Assembly: GCA_964446535.1 (NCBI GenBank)
Contig: CAYUOR010000002.1
Span: 43,372 to 107,371, forward strand
DNA: 64,000 nt
Reading direction: 5' to 3'
DNA from: an uncultured Candidatus Saccharibacteria bacterium
GTDB lineage: Bacteria; Patescibacteriota; Minisyncoccia; Phycocordibacterales; Zambryskibacteraceae
Shown: piece by piece, positions 50,216 to 59,137 of the stretch
Numbering within the stretch: the stretch's first letter is position 1
Layout: each line of letters begins with the position of its first letter
Made by a program: the position numbers and the translations under genes
The notes under the pieces: generated by a model
The model's database searches: none
What the model was told of the DNA's origin: nothing
Seen by the model: the letters and a program-made list of their open reading frames with translations, nothing else

Positions 50216-50233
50216 GAATGTTGAGCGAAGAAG

Positions 50234-50365
50234 TCAGATCTCGAACTCGCGCCGAATGATCGTCTGGGTGTCGACCCTGATGAAACCTTCGTTGTCATCG
50301 GGCAGGCCGGCGACGAGGCCCTGCTTCTCGATGATCTTGGTCGGATCTTTCCAGCCGTATTTCAT
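50234..50365 (-). CDS. 43-aa orphan protein (not in ORF track)
   Basis: TATAAT, AAAGGAGGT SD, MKYGWKDPTKIIEKQGLVAGLPDDNEGFIRVDTQTIIRREFEI*. Confidence 0.68.
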   Translation of the reverse strand: MKYGWKDPTKIIEKQGLVAGLPDDNEGFIRVDTQTIIRREFEI

Positions 50366-50433
50366 GTGACCTCCTTTCGTGTGCCTATTCTTATTATAAC
50401 TAAAAACCACTCGGGAAGAGTAGTTTTTATTAT

Positions 50434-50852
50434 TGGTGGAGGTGGCGGGAATGAGCCCGCGTCCAAGGAAATGTCTCCGACGAATCTAGCACGCCTAGAC
50501 CGATTTTTCCGCCTTACGGCGAATCTCGATTCTCAAACTATAAATCGGACAAAACATTTGAGATTCAAAGCTCTTTAGTTTGGCGCCGAGAGGAGCACTC
50601 TCTGCGTTACAATCCGACAGATAAGCACCTGAGATCTCGTATCGGATGGCGAGATAACAGGCGTTCGCTTAGGCGAGCTTACGCTCGAGCGTAGGCGAAA
50701 GCAAAGTCGTTTGCCGTAAAGTACGGCGAAACAATAGACTTTGCCCGTGCGACGATATTGTCAGCACTTAAATTTTCCAAGGGTTTAAGGAGTTCTTGGA
50801 GCTCCGCGTGCCACGGCGGGGAACTGGTTTCCATGTCGAAACTGGCACCCCC
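50434..50852 (-). ncRNA. ssrA: tmRNA
   Basis: 5' GGGGGTG..TTCGAC, 3' CACCTCCACCA with G3:U pair; tag frame 50765-50679; directly downstream of smpB. Confidence 0.93.
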
Positions 50853-50863
50853 GTATTTAAATC

Positions 50864-51301
50864 TTACAACGTTCTCTTCAGGTCTCTCTCGATGTCGCGT
50901 TTTTTTATTGTCTGGCGTTTGTCTATTTTCTTCTTGCCACGCGCAATTGCGATATCAAGCTTTAGAAACCTACCCTTATTATACACCGAAAGAGGCACTA
51001 TTGTCAATCCTTTAGTATTTTCCGCCTCGGCAAGCCTCTCTAATTCTTTTCCTGAAAGCAAAACTTTTCTCACCCGCTTGGCGTCATAGTCTTTCGGAGC
51101 ATTTTTCGGCTGATAGGCCGGGAGATCGGCACCCAGAAGATATGCCTCACCCCCTCGCACCGTTACGTAAGCGCCCTGAAGGTTGAGTTTGCCCGATCGG
51201 ACAGCCTTCACCTCCGTACCAAGGAGCTCCAAACCTGCCGAAAATTTTTCAAGTATTTCGTAATCAAAGCGGGCTTTTCTGTTGTCGGCAAACTGTGTCA
51301 T
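50864..51301 (-). CDS. smpB: SsrA-binding protein SmpB
   Basis: NRKARFDY, AG.EL.GTEVK, RK.LL, GKK..DKR; ATG at 51301. Confidence 0.96.
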   Translation of the reverse strand: MTQFADNRKARFDYEILEKFSAGLELLGTEVKAVRSGKLNLQGAYVTVRGGEAYLLGADLPAYQPKNAPKDYDAKRVRKVLLSGKELERLAEAENTKGLTIVPLSVYNKGRFLKLDIAIARGKKKIDKRQTIKKRDIERDLKRTL

Positions 51302-51379
51302 AGGGCAAATAATACCTCGCCTGCGCAGGCAGGGCAAAATATATAGGCAAACCGAACTTTTTCGGTATAATATGTCGCT

Positions 51380-53311
51380 ATGAACGAACCCTCGAAACAT
51401 AAGAAGAAAATAATTATCACGAAGCCGAAGGGTCCAGGCGGCCTGCCGCCAGGCCGCGGTCTTATCGTCCAGCTTCTTCTGACCTTCCTTATTTTCTTCA
51501 CCCTCGTTAGCCTCTACTCGTCTATCACGAATAAAGATGCGGCAACAGAGGAAATACCGCTCTCGGTCCTGGCCCAAGAGATCAAGGATGGCAACATCTC
51601 CGAGATCAGAGTTGTTGGCGACAGACTCGACCTTACATTTGCCGACGGCACGAAAAAGATTTCAAAGAAGGAAGCATCAACCGCTCTCACCACCACTCTA
51701 AAAAATTATACGGTCTCCGAAGAGGCGCTTGCCAAAATAAATATTGAAGTAAAAAGCGACAGGGGGTTTCTCTATTGGTTTGCATCTCTCGCGCCGATAC
51801 TTCTTCCCATAGCATTTATCATCTTTTTCATCTGGTTTCTCTCGCGCCAGGTCAAGGGCGCGGGGATGCAGGCCTTCACCTTCGGTCAGTCTAAGGCCAG
51901 GATGACGCGCCCCGACGACAAGAGCCAGAAGGTGACATTTAGAGATGTGGCTGGCTGCAAAGAGGCGAAGGAGGAGCTTAAAGAGATTGTGGACTTTCTA
52001 AAAAATCCGAAAAAGTTCTTGGACATCGGCGCGAGGATTCCGAAGGGCATTCTCTTGATGGGTGCGCCAGGGACAGGCAAGACTCTTCTTGCTCGCGCGG
52101 TAGCGGGAGAGGCGGGAGTTTCGTTTTTCTCAATATCGGGATCGGAATTTGTCGAGATGTTTGTCGGTGTCGGCGCCTCGCGTGTTCGCGACCTCTTTGA
52201 CCTGGCGAAGAAGGCGGCCCCAGCCATTATCTTTGTTGACGAGATAGATGCGGTCGGACGAGTGCGCGGGACGGGAGTCGGCGGCGGGAATGACGAGCGC
52301 GAGCAAACTCTGAATCAGATCTTGGTGGAGCTCGACGGCTTCGAGCCGAATGAAAAGGTTATCGTTATGGCAGCGACGAATCGACCCGACGTCCTTGATC
52401 CGGCCCTCCTTCGCCCGGGGCGCTTCGACCGACGGGTGACACTCGACCTTCCCGACAGGAAAGATCGTGAAGAAATTCTCCTTATCCACGCCAGGAAAAA
52501 GCCATTCGCCGAGGATGTAAACCTACCACTCATAGCCGAGCGTACCCCCGGCTTTTCCGGTGCCGATCTCTACTCCCTTATGAACGAAGCGGCGATACTC
52601 GCCGCGCGGGAGAATAGGACGAAAGTATCGCAATACGATCTTATCCGCTCTATTGAGAAGGTGATGCTCGGCCCGGAACGCAGAAGCCACATCCTTTCAA
52701 AGAAGGAGAAAGAGCTCACGGCTTATCACGAAGCGGGGCACGCCGTGGTCGCATCCGTTCTGCCTTATGCCGATCCTGTGCATAAGATTTCTATAATTTC
52801 TCGCGGTCGCGCGGCAGGTTATACCCTGAAACTTCCTCTGGAAGACAGAAAGCTGCAGTCAAAGAAAGAATTTCTCGACGACATCGCGACAGCTCTCGGC
52901 GGCTACGTCGTGGAGAAAACTATTTTCCGCGACATCACGACGGGACCCTCAAACGACCTTCAGGTCGCAACAGCGCGAGCTCGCGACATGGTGACGAAGT
53001 TCGGCATGTCGGAGAAGATGGGTCCTGTAGCGCTCGAGGGTCCTGGCGGCAAACCACTATTCGGCGTCGGGGTAAGCGACAAAGATTACTCGGAGAAGGT
53101 CGGAGCGATGATAGATGCCGAAGTCTCTCTCATCATGAATGACGCGATGAGAAAGGTGGAGAAAATCATCAAGGATCACAGAAAAGCGCTTGACGCTATC
53201 GCCGGACGCTTGATAGAGACCGAGACAATAGAGCAAAAAGAGTTTGAAGAAATTTTGATAGCAAACGGTATTACGCCAAAGAAGAAAAAAGATATAGAAC
53301 ACCAAGCATAA
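51380..53311 (+). CDS. ftsH: ATP-dependent zinc metalloprotease FtsH
   Basis: 2 [35 protein letters not shown]. Confidence 0.97.
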   Translation: MNEPSKHKKKIIITKPKGPGGLPPGRGLIVQLLLTFLIFFTLVSLYSSITNKDAATEEIPLSVLAQEIKDGNISEIRVVGDRLDLTFADGTKKISKKEASTALTTTLKNYTVSEEALAKINIEVKSDRGFLYWFASLAPILLPIAFIIFFIWFLSRQVKGAGMQAFTFGQSKARMTRPDDKSQKVTFRDVAGCKEAKEELKEIVDFLKNPKKFLDIGARIPKGILLMGAPGTGKTLLARAVAGEAGVSFFSISGSEFVEMFVGVGASRVRDLFDLAKKAAPAIIFVDEIDAVGRVRGTGVGGGNDEREQTLNQILVELDGFEPNEKVIVMAATNRPDVLDPALLRPGRFDRRVTLDLPDRKDREEILLIHARKKPFAEDVNLPLIAERTPGFSGADLYSLMNEAAILAARENRTKVSQYDLIRSIEKVMLGPERRSHILSKKEKELTAYHEAGHAVVASVLPYADPVHKISIISRGRAAGYTLKLPLEDRKLQSKKEFLDDIATALGGYVVEKTIFRDITTGPSNDLQVATARARDMVTKFGMSEKMGPVALEGPGGKPLFGVGVSDKDYSEKVGAMIDAEVSLIMNDAMRKVEKIIKDHRKALDAIAGRLIETETIEQKEFEEILIANGITPKKKKDIEHQA

Positions 53312-53313
53312 AA

Positions 53314-53346
53314 GAAAAACCCCCGATGTTACATCGGGGGTTTTTC
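53314..53346. terminator. Bidirectional terminator built on a repeated palindrome
   Basis: GAAAAACCCCCGATGT-T-ACATCGGGGGTTTTTC; core repeated at 54454 and ~48974. Confidence 0.78.
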
Positions 53347-53347
53347 T

Positions 53348-53557
53348 TTACATTGCTGCGCCGCCCGAGGGGACGCACTCTTTGCAGTTCTTCTTGTGGG
53401 TGAAGATTTCGTATAACGCCGAGAGAGCTACCAGGATGTAGACTATCATGGCGACGGTATCACCAACGTAATTGCCGATACCATAACCGAAGGCTTCAAG
53501 ACCCCAGTTAAGACCTCCGACGACGAGGAGGATAAACGTTACTTTGTGTATACTCAT
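53348..53557 (-). CDS. DUF378-like small membrane protein
   Basis: LLVVGGLNWGL, IVYILV.LSA. Confidence 0.82.
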   Translation of the reverse strand: MSIHKVTFILLVVGGLNWGLEAFGYGIGNYVGDTVAMIVYILVALSALYEIFTHKKNCKECVPSGGAAM

Positions 53558-53608
53558 ACTACAAGCTAGCTATTAAATCCGATAGACACGCTACTTATTC
53601 TACACCCT

Positions 53609-54205
53609 CTATATACCTAAATTATTCACAGGCGGCATGGGCTTACCCGTTGCCTTTATTCCCGTGTGGTGCGTGGCAGACATTTGCATGATAACGTCTT
53701 TGACGTGCTCTGGGTGTGGCACCTGGTGAAATATAAACTCTCTTTCGGATGAGGCGGTTTGAACCGTAACATTGCCGAACTTAAAAAATGTTTCTATGAA
53801 CCCTCGGGTGTGGGCGTTAACATCCTGAATACGGTTTGCAGAAAGTTCTGAAACCTCACGATTAAAGAATCCGTGTTGGTCGCTATCTATGATTCTTTTA
53901 TTTGTGATAAGGACGGTCGACAGGCTATATAGCGTGATGGCGTGAAAAGCAGAGAGCCAGAGCGCCATATACCAAAGGCTAGCGACGAAAAGAAAGGCCG
54001 GAAACCAGCCACTATTTAAAATAAGAGAATAGAAAATAAGACCAACAAAAATCGGCACGAGAGCGGCAAAGCTGAGAAGCCCGAGGCGGATATAGATGGT
54101 CAGCGGGTGTCGGCGTAGAAGTGTTATTACTTCTTCACCCTCCTTTTGGCCCACGAAGGAATTTAGAGATTCAGAAAACAGCGAGAAAAATGGGTGGAGC
54201 TTCAT
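53609..54205 (-). CDS. Membrane protein with bacterial PH domain
   Basis: E.V...RRH, 2 TM, ITNKRII, IQDV, FG.V.VQTA. Confidence 0.8.
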   Translation of the reverse strand: MKLHPFFSLFSESLNSFVGQKEGEEVITLLRRHPLTIYIRLGLLSFAALVPIFVGLIFYSLILNSGWFPAFLFVASLWYMALWLSAFHAITLYSLSTVLITNKRIIDSDQHGFFNREVSELSANRIQDVNAHTRGFIETFFKFGNVTVQTASSEREFIFHQVPHPEHVKDVIMQMSATHHTGIKATGKPMPPVNNLGI

Positions 54206-54417
54206 GGCAGGAGTTTTGTAATATCAATCTTTAGAAACATTGCAACCGCAATACCGGAAAAGATAAGCGAACCTCCGAGGAAAATTGCTGCAAATTTCTT
54301 CGGCTGGGTGCCGATGCCGAAGCGTGTCAGGTGGTAGAGGATAATAAAGGCGAATATCCAGTAGACGAAAAAAACTCCAACAATCAGGACATTAAAGATA
54401 ATCCCGAGGAACTGCAT
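54202..54417 (-). CDS. Small 2-TM hypothetical protein
   Basis: ILYHLTRFG.G motif between hydrophobic helices; TAGAAT upstream. Confidence 0.7.
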   Translation of the reverse strand: MQFLGIIFNVLIVGVFFVYWIFAFIILYHLTRFGIGTQPKKFAAIFLGGSLIFSGIAVAMFLKIDITKLLP

Positions 54418-54492
54418 AAATTGTTTCCTTAATTCTAGCACTAAAAAGAAAAGCCCCGATGTAACATCGGGGCCTGAACATTGAACTTGTGA

Positions 54493-54876
54493 TTATTGAC
54501 CTCTACCCTTGAATGGCAGTGGTCGCAAGAGGCCGGCGTCGTCGAGGTCCATGAGCTCCTGGTTGCGCCGGAGCTTCTTGCCTTCCGCTTCGTACTCGGC
54601 TTCTTCCGAAAAGAGCGGCGTACCGCCACGAGGCGGCGTTTGAGCAGCTCTCCGCTTGAGAATCTTCCTCTCCGCCACATCGAGGTGGCTCGCCACGAGC
54701 ATGGCGACGACGGCAAGAAAGATTCCGAGAACGACGAGTTCTCCGGCGAGCGCCTTCTTCTCCGTGAAGATGATGAGGTAGAAGCTTATTGACAGAAAGA
54801 GGATACCGATGATACTCGAGACGCCGAGGACCATGCGCATGAAGCGAAAGTACGGCGTGTTCATTTCCCTGATCAC
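54493..54876 (-). CDS. Orphan 2-TM protein
   Basis: AAGGAGGT SD before GTG; palindromic terminator downstream; GC-rich codons. Confidence 0.62.
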   Translation of the reverse strand: MIREMNTPYFRFMRMVLGVSSIIGILFLSISFYLIIFTEKKALAGELVVLGIFLAVVAMLVASHLDVAERKILKRRAAQTPPRGGTPLFSEEAEYEAEGKKLRRNQELMDLDDAGLLRPLPFKGRGQ

Positions 54877-54957
54877 AAAGACCTCCTTTTTGAGCTGAAA
54901 AAGTCTCCTGCAACTATACTATTTTAATCCCACAAAGTCAAGAGATATGAAAACTAG

Positions 54958-55031
54958 TCCGCCCGCCACGATTCGAACGTGGGACCCCCGAGGTATAAGC
55001 TCGATGCTCTAACCAGCTGAGCTACGGGCGG
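54958..55031 (-). tRNA. tRNA-Ile(UAU)
   Basis: CCGCCCG/CGGGCGG-A; TAGCTCAGCTGGTTAGAGC; TCGAG-CT TAT AC-CTCGG; GTTCGAATC. Confidence 0.88.
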
Positions 55032-55053
55032 AAAGATTTAATATATCACAGTG

Positions 55054-57198
55054 TTATTCAAAGTGAATTTTACGCTCACTAGAATCCAAGCGCTCCTTAA
55101 GTAGCGGAAATTTATTAAGCCCGGGATCAAGTTCAACAAGCCTTGTTGCTTCTGCTCGCGCCGCCTCAACCATCTTTAAATTCTTAATCGCTTCCATCCC
55201 GACATCCGAGATACCCCACTGTCTCATCCCCGCGAGCTCTCCCGCCCCGCGCTGTTTAAGGTCGTACTCGGCGAGTTCGAACCCATTTTTGGCGGAGACT
55301 AGAGCTTTCAGCCGCTCACGCGCCTTGTCTCCCCGGCTTTCGGTGAAGACGAAACAATATGCCTGGTGATTGGAGCGGATGACTCGACCGCGGAGCTGGT
55401 GGAGCTGGGCGAGACCGAAGCGCTCCGCACCTTCTATAATAATGAGCGAAGCGTTTTCTACATTGACGCCCACTTCGACGACTGAGGTGGCGACAAGGAT
55501 ATCCAATTTTTTATTTTTAAACTCCAACATTATCTTTTCTTTCTCGGCGGGCTTCATCTTGCTGTGAAGAATACCTATTTCGTACTCACCGAAGACTTCT
55601 TTTTTCAGGCGCTTCGCCTCTTCCTTTACGGATTTGGCAAGGACCGCAAGTTCTTTTGTCGGGTCGGGTTCGTCTATACGCGGGCAGATAACGTAGAGCT
55701 GCCGTCCAGCTTTTAATTCTTCACGTACTTTCTCGTATGCTTGCAGCCGCTTATCCGGAGCGACAACTTCCGTGATAATTTTTTTCCTACCTTCCGGCAT
55801 CTCGTCTATGAGAGAGAGGTCGAGGTCGCCGTAGAGTGTGAGGGCGAGGGTTCTCGGGATGGGAGTCGCGGTCATAGAGAGCAGGTGCGGAGTAAGCTCG
55901 TTTTTTGTCACAAGCTTTTGCCTTTGCGCCGTGCCGAAGCGGTGCTGTTCGTCAACGATGACAAATGCCAGGTGTTTAAACTTAACCGACTTTTGAATTA
56001 GCGCGTGAGTGCCGATAAGGACCGAGATTTCGCCCGAGGCTACCCACTTAAGAAGCTGGGCTCGAGATATATCTGTGGCGCCATCGGGATTAATCTTCGA
56101 TGGGAATTTTTTACAACCACTTCCTGTGATGAGAGCAATATTTATCGGCAAGTGGGAGAAGTATTTTATAAACGAGTCAAAGTGCTGTTGAGCGAGTATT
56201 TCTGTCGGTGCCATGTAGGCCGACTGGAGGGTGCCTGACTGCGCAGGCAGGCCGAATTCATTAAGAGGGCGGGAGGTGGTGACGGCGTAGACCGCAGTAG
56301 CGGCAACAGCGGTCTTGCCCGAGCCGACGTCCCCTTCGAGAAGGCGCGACATCGGGTGTCCGCGGCGGAAATCGAGAAGGACGGTTTCTATGGCGCGTCT
56401 CTGTGCTGCTGTTGCCTTGAAAGGAAATCTCGAAATAAAAGTTTCTACATCCTCAGGTTTCTTGTCTATGACGAAGGCGGCGCGCTCTTTAAACTCGTGC
56501 CTAAATTTTTGTCTCTCAAGCTGGATGAAAAATATTTCTTCAAAGGCGAAGCGCTTGCGCGCCGCTTCGGCGTGCTCGAGCCTCTTCGGTGCGTGGATGT
56601 ATATGAGCGAAGTGCGCAGGTCGGGGAGATTGTACTTTTTCAAAATCTCGTCTGGCAGGGGGTCAACAAGGGGGTCCAGGACCCTGCTTGCGAAAGCCGT
56701 CTGCACTTTATGATAAAGCCAGTTGGAAGTAACACCGCGAGTCTCGGGGTAAACGGGGTAGAGAGAGTGCGCGGCAGTTTTTGTAAAAAGGTCGGGAGCT
56801 GTTTCGATTTTCGGATTTGAAAAGTAGAGAGAGCCGTTCCGCTCGGAAACCTTGCCCTCAACACGGACGCGGGAATTCTCGGCAAGCATTTTTGCCAAGT
56901 AGGCTTGGTAGAACCAGACGATTTTTATTTTGCCCGTAGCATCTTCGACAAAGCCCTCTGCCATGGGAATTTTTTTCCTGAAAGCTCTGCTCGTTTTTAG
57001 TTTGCTGATTTGTCCGAAGACGACAGCTGTTTCACCCTTCTTCAGATCGACAATATTGGCAATCTCCGCCGAGTCGCCATAGTAGCGGGGGAAGTAGTAG
57101 AGAAGGTCACGAACCGTCTCGAGCCCTAGGCGCTTGAGGGCGGAGAGCTGCCTCGGCAGTATTCGGAAGACGTCGGAGAGTTTATCACTCGGATGCAT
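55054..57198 (-). CDS. recG: ATP-dependent DNA helicase RecG
   Basis: GDVGSGKT, MAPTEILA, DEQHRFG, TATPIPRTL, QLHQLRGRV. Confidence 0.96.
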   Translation of the reverse strand: MHPSDKLSDVFRILPRQLSALKRLGLETVRDLLYYFPRYYGDSAEIANIVDLKKGETAVVFGQISKLKTSRAFRKKIPMAEGFVEDATGKIKIVWFYQAYLAKMLAENSRVRVEGKVSERNGSLYFSNPKIETAPDLFTKTAAHSLYPVYPETRGVTSNWLYHKVQTAFASRVLDPLVDPLPDEILKKYNLPDLRTSLIYIHAPKRLEHAEAARKRFAFEEIFFIQLERQKFRHEFKERAAFVIDKKPEDVETFISRFPFKATAAQRRAIETVLLDFRRGHPMSRLLEGDVGSGKTAVAATAVYAVTTSRPLNEFGLPAQSGTLQSAYMAPTEILAQQHFDSFIKYFSHLPINIALITGSGCKKFPSKINPDGATDISRAQLLKWVASGEISVLIGTHALIQKSVKFKHLAFVIVDEQHRFGTAQRQKLVTKNELTPHLLSMTATPIPRTLALTLYGDLDLSLIDEMPEGRKKIITEVVAPDKRLQAYEKVREELKAGRQLYVICPRIDEPDPTKELAVLAKSVKEEAKRLKKEVFGEYEIGILHSKMKPAEKEKIMLEFKNKKLDILVATSVVEVGVNVENASLIIIEGAERFGLAQLHQLRGRVIRSNHQAYCFVFTESRGDKARERLKALVSAKNGFELAEYDLKQRGAGELAGMRQWGISDVGMEAIKNLKMVEAARAEATRLVELDPGLNKFPLLKERLDSSERKIHFE

Positions 57199-57202
57199 CT
57201 CT

Positions 57203-57886
57203 CTATCTTACCGCTTTGTCGGAGACAATCTTTCCGTCGTCGAGTGTCACGATTCTCTGTGTCAAGGAGCTGTATTCCTCTTCGTGAGTCACCATGATGA
57301 TAGTCTGACCCTGTTTATGCACCTCTTGGAACAGTTTCATAATAGAGCGGCTGGATTCGTTGTCTAAGTTCGCCGTCGGCTCGTCGGCAAAAAGCACTTT
57401 CGGCCCGTGCGCCAAGGCTCTTGCGATAGAGGTGCGCTGTTGCTCTCCGCCCGAGAGCTGGCTTGGCAAATTTTCCAGGCGATGTCCGAGACCGACACGT
57501 TCCAGAGAGACTTTAGATTTTTCGTAAGCATCGTGTTTTGAAAGACCCTGCATCATGAGAGGCACGGCAACGTTTTCCATAGCAGTCAGGTCTGGGAGCA
57601 GGGCGTAATCCTGGAAGACGTAGCCGAGCTCCGATAAGCGGAGATTCGTCTTTTCTTCGGCGGTCATGTTGTGCGTATCTTTGCCGAAGAGGTACACCTC
57701 GCCCGAAGTCGGATCGTCGAGAAGAGACATCTGGTACATGAAAGTAGATTTGCCCGCACCCGACCTGCCCATGATAGAGATCCACTCTCCCTCTTCGGCG
57801 ACGAAGTCTATACCCTTAAGGACGCGCGTCTCCTTACTGCCGTCGATGAAAGTTTTTATTAAGTTTTCTACTTTGATTAAAGGCAT
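57203..57886 (-). CDS. ABC transporter ATPase (LolD/MacB-like)
   Basis: GRSGAGKST, LSGGEQQR, ADEPT.NLD, VTH. Confidence 0.93.
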   Translation of the reverse strand: MPLIKVENLIKTFIDGSKETRVLKGIDFVAEEGEWISIMGRSGAGKSTFMYQMSLLDDPTSGEVYLFGKDTHNMTAEEKTNLRLSELGYVFQDYALLPDLTAMENVAVPLMMQGLSKHDAYEKSKVSLERVGLGHRLENLPSQLSGGEQQRTSIARALAHGPKVLFADEPTANLDNESSRSIMKLFQEVHKQGQTIIMVTHEEEYSSLTQRIVTLDDGKIVSDKAVR

Positions 57887-57889
57887 GTT

Positions 57890-59137
57890 TTAGTTTCTCC
57901 CAAGGATGGAATCAAGAGTATTTTTCCTGACGATCATCCTTGCGGGGATGTAGCCCGCGATGACTGTTGTAATCATAAGTATGGCGATTTTCACCGCGGT
58001 ACTGTCTAAGGGCGCGACGAGAATGCCGTCGGAGAAGGGGAAGTCTATGGGGTGCGTGGCGATAAACGGCTCGAGAAAGGCATATAGGAGAACGAGCCCG
58101 ATGCCGGAGCCGACCGCGGCGTAGAAAAAGGACTGGAAGACGTAGGAGATTTCTATGGTTCTTCCCGAAACACCGATACCCTTAAGGATGCCGATAAACT
58201 TTCTTCTCGTTATGGCGTTGATGAAGATGACGATAAAGATGGTGATGGAGGCGACGACGAGGCCTATGGAGCTCATCAGGTTTCCGAGGAGGGCGAAAGT
58301 ATCTTTGATATCCTCCAGGAATTTCGGCTGAGCCTCCTCAAAGGTTTGGACTCTCGCATATTCGCCGACACCACTTCTCAAGAGCGCCTCTTTAAAGAAA
58401 ATGGGATCGGCACCAGGCTTCAGACGGACAGAAATTTCGCCGACGTTGTAGTCGTTCCTTCCTATAAGGTCGCGAAACTGGGTGTCAACGAAATAGACTC
58501 GATAGGAGAGTTCATCCACCTTGGATTTCACAATACCCTTGACTGTCACCTCGCGCTTTATGTTGCCGAGAGTTATACGCACCTTGTCTCCGACTTTGAC
58601 GTTATCAAGTGTCGGGAAGCTTGCCGTCTCGACGGGGAAGTATTCTGTAAGAAGGTATGACCCTAAGAGGACCTGGTCGTAGTCTGTCGGTAGAAGATAC
58701 TCGCCGTCTATAACGAAGCGCGAGATCCCTGTCAGATCTTCCTCGGCGACGGGGTTTATGCCGACGAAGGGTGCCCCTGCTCGGTCAATCTCTTCGTCCT
58801 TAGTCGCTTCCTTGTAACCGGCTTCAACATTGCCGGAAGAGAGGTAGCGCGCCGAGACGGCGAGAGTCTCGGGCATGGATTTAATAATATTTAAAACTTG
58901 CGGGCTCTGTTCTATATAATCTTTCTTCTCGAGGGTGGAGATAAGGATGTCGGAGGTGTAGAGATTTTTATTCGCCTGGACCGCGCCTTCGATAAGCCCG
59001 ACAAGAATCCCCGAGACCACAACCAGGTTAAGAAACGTCAGGGTCATGACGAAGATGATTAACCCCGTCGTCCACTTACTGGCGCGGCGCATCTGGCGTA
59101 GAGCGAGGAAAAAGCCTAGGCGGATAAACTGCGGCAT
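57890..59137 (-). CDS. ABC transporter permease (FtsX/MacB-like)
   Basis: TM, periplasmic domain, 3 TM; RRKFIGILKGIG; YIPAR. Confidence 0.9.
   Translation of the reverse strand: MPQFIRLGFFLALRQMRRASKWTTGLIIFVMTLTFLNLVVVSGILVGLIEGAVQANKNLYTSDILISTLEKKDYIEQSPQVLNIIKSMPETLAVSARYLSSGNVEAGYKEATKDEEIDRAGAPFVGINPVAEEDLTGISRFVIDGEYLLPTDYDQVLLGSYLLTEYFPVETASFPTLDNVKVGDKVRITLGNIKREVTVKGIVKSKVDELSYRVYFVDTQFRDLIGRNDYNVGEISVRLKPGADPIFFKEALLRSGVGEYARVQTFEEAQPKFLEDIKDTFALLGNLMSSIGLVVASITIFIVIFINAITRRKFIGILKGIGVSGRTIEISYVFQSFFYAAVGSGIGLVLLYAFLEPFIATHPIDFPFSDGILVAPLDSTAVKIAILMITTVIAGYIPARMIVRKNTLDSILGRN

Noticed and set aside
49000-50434. Integrated prophage or island at tmRNA
   Set aside because: No integrase, and no duplicated tmRNA 3' end (att) was seen in the window.
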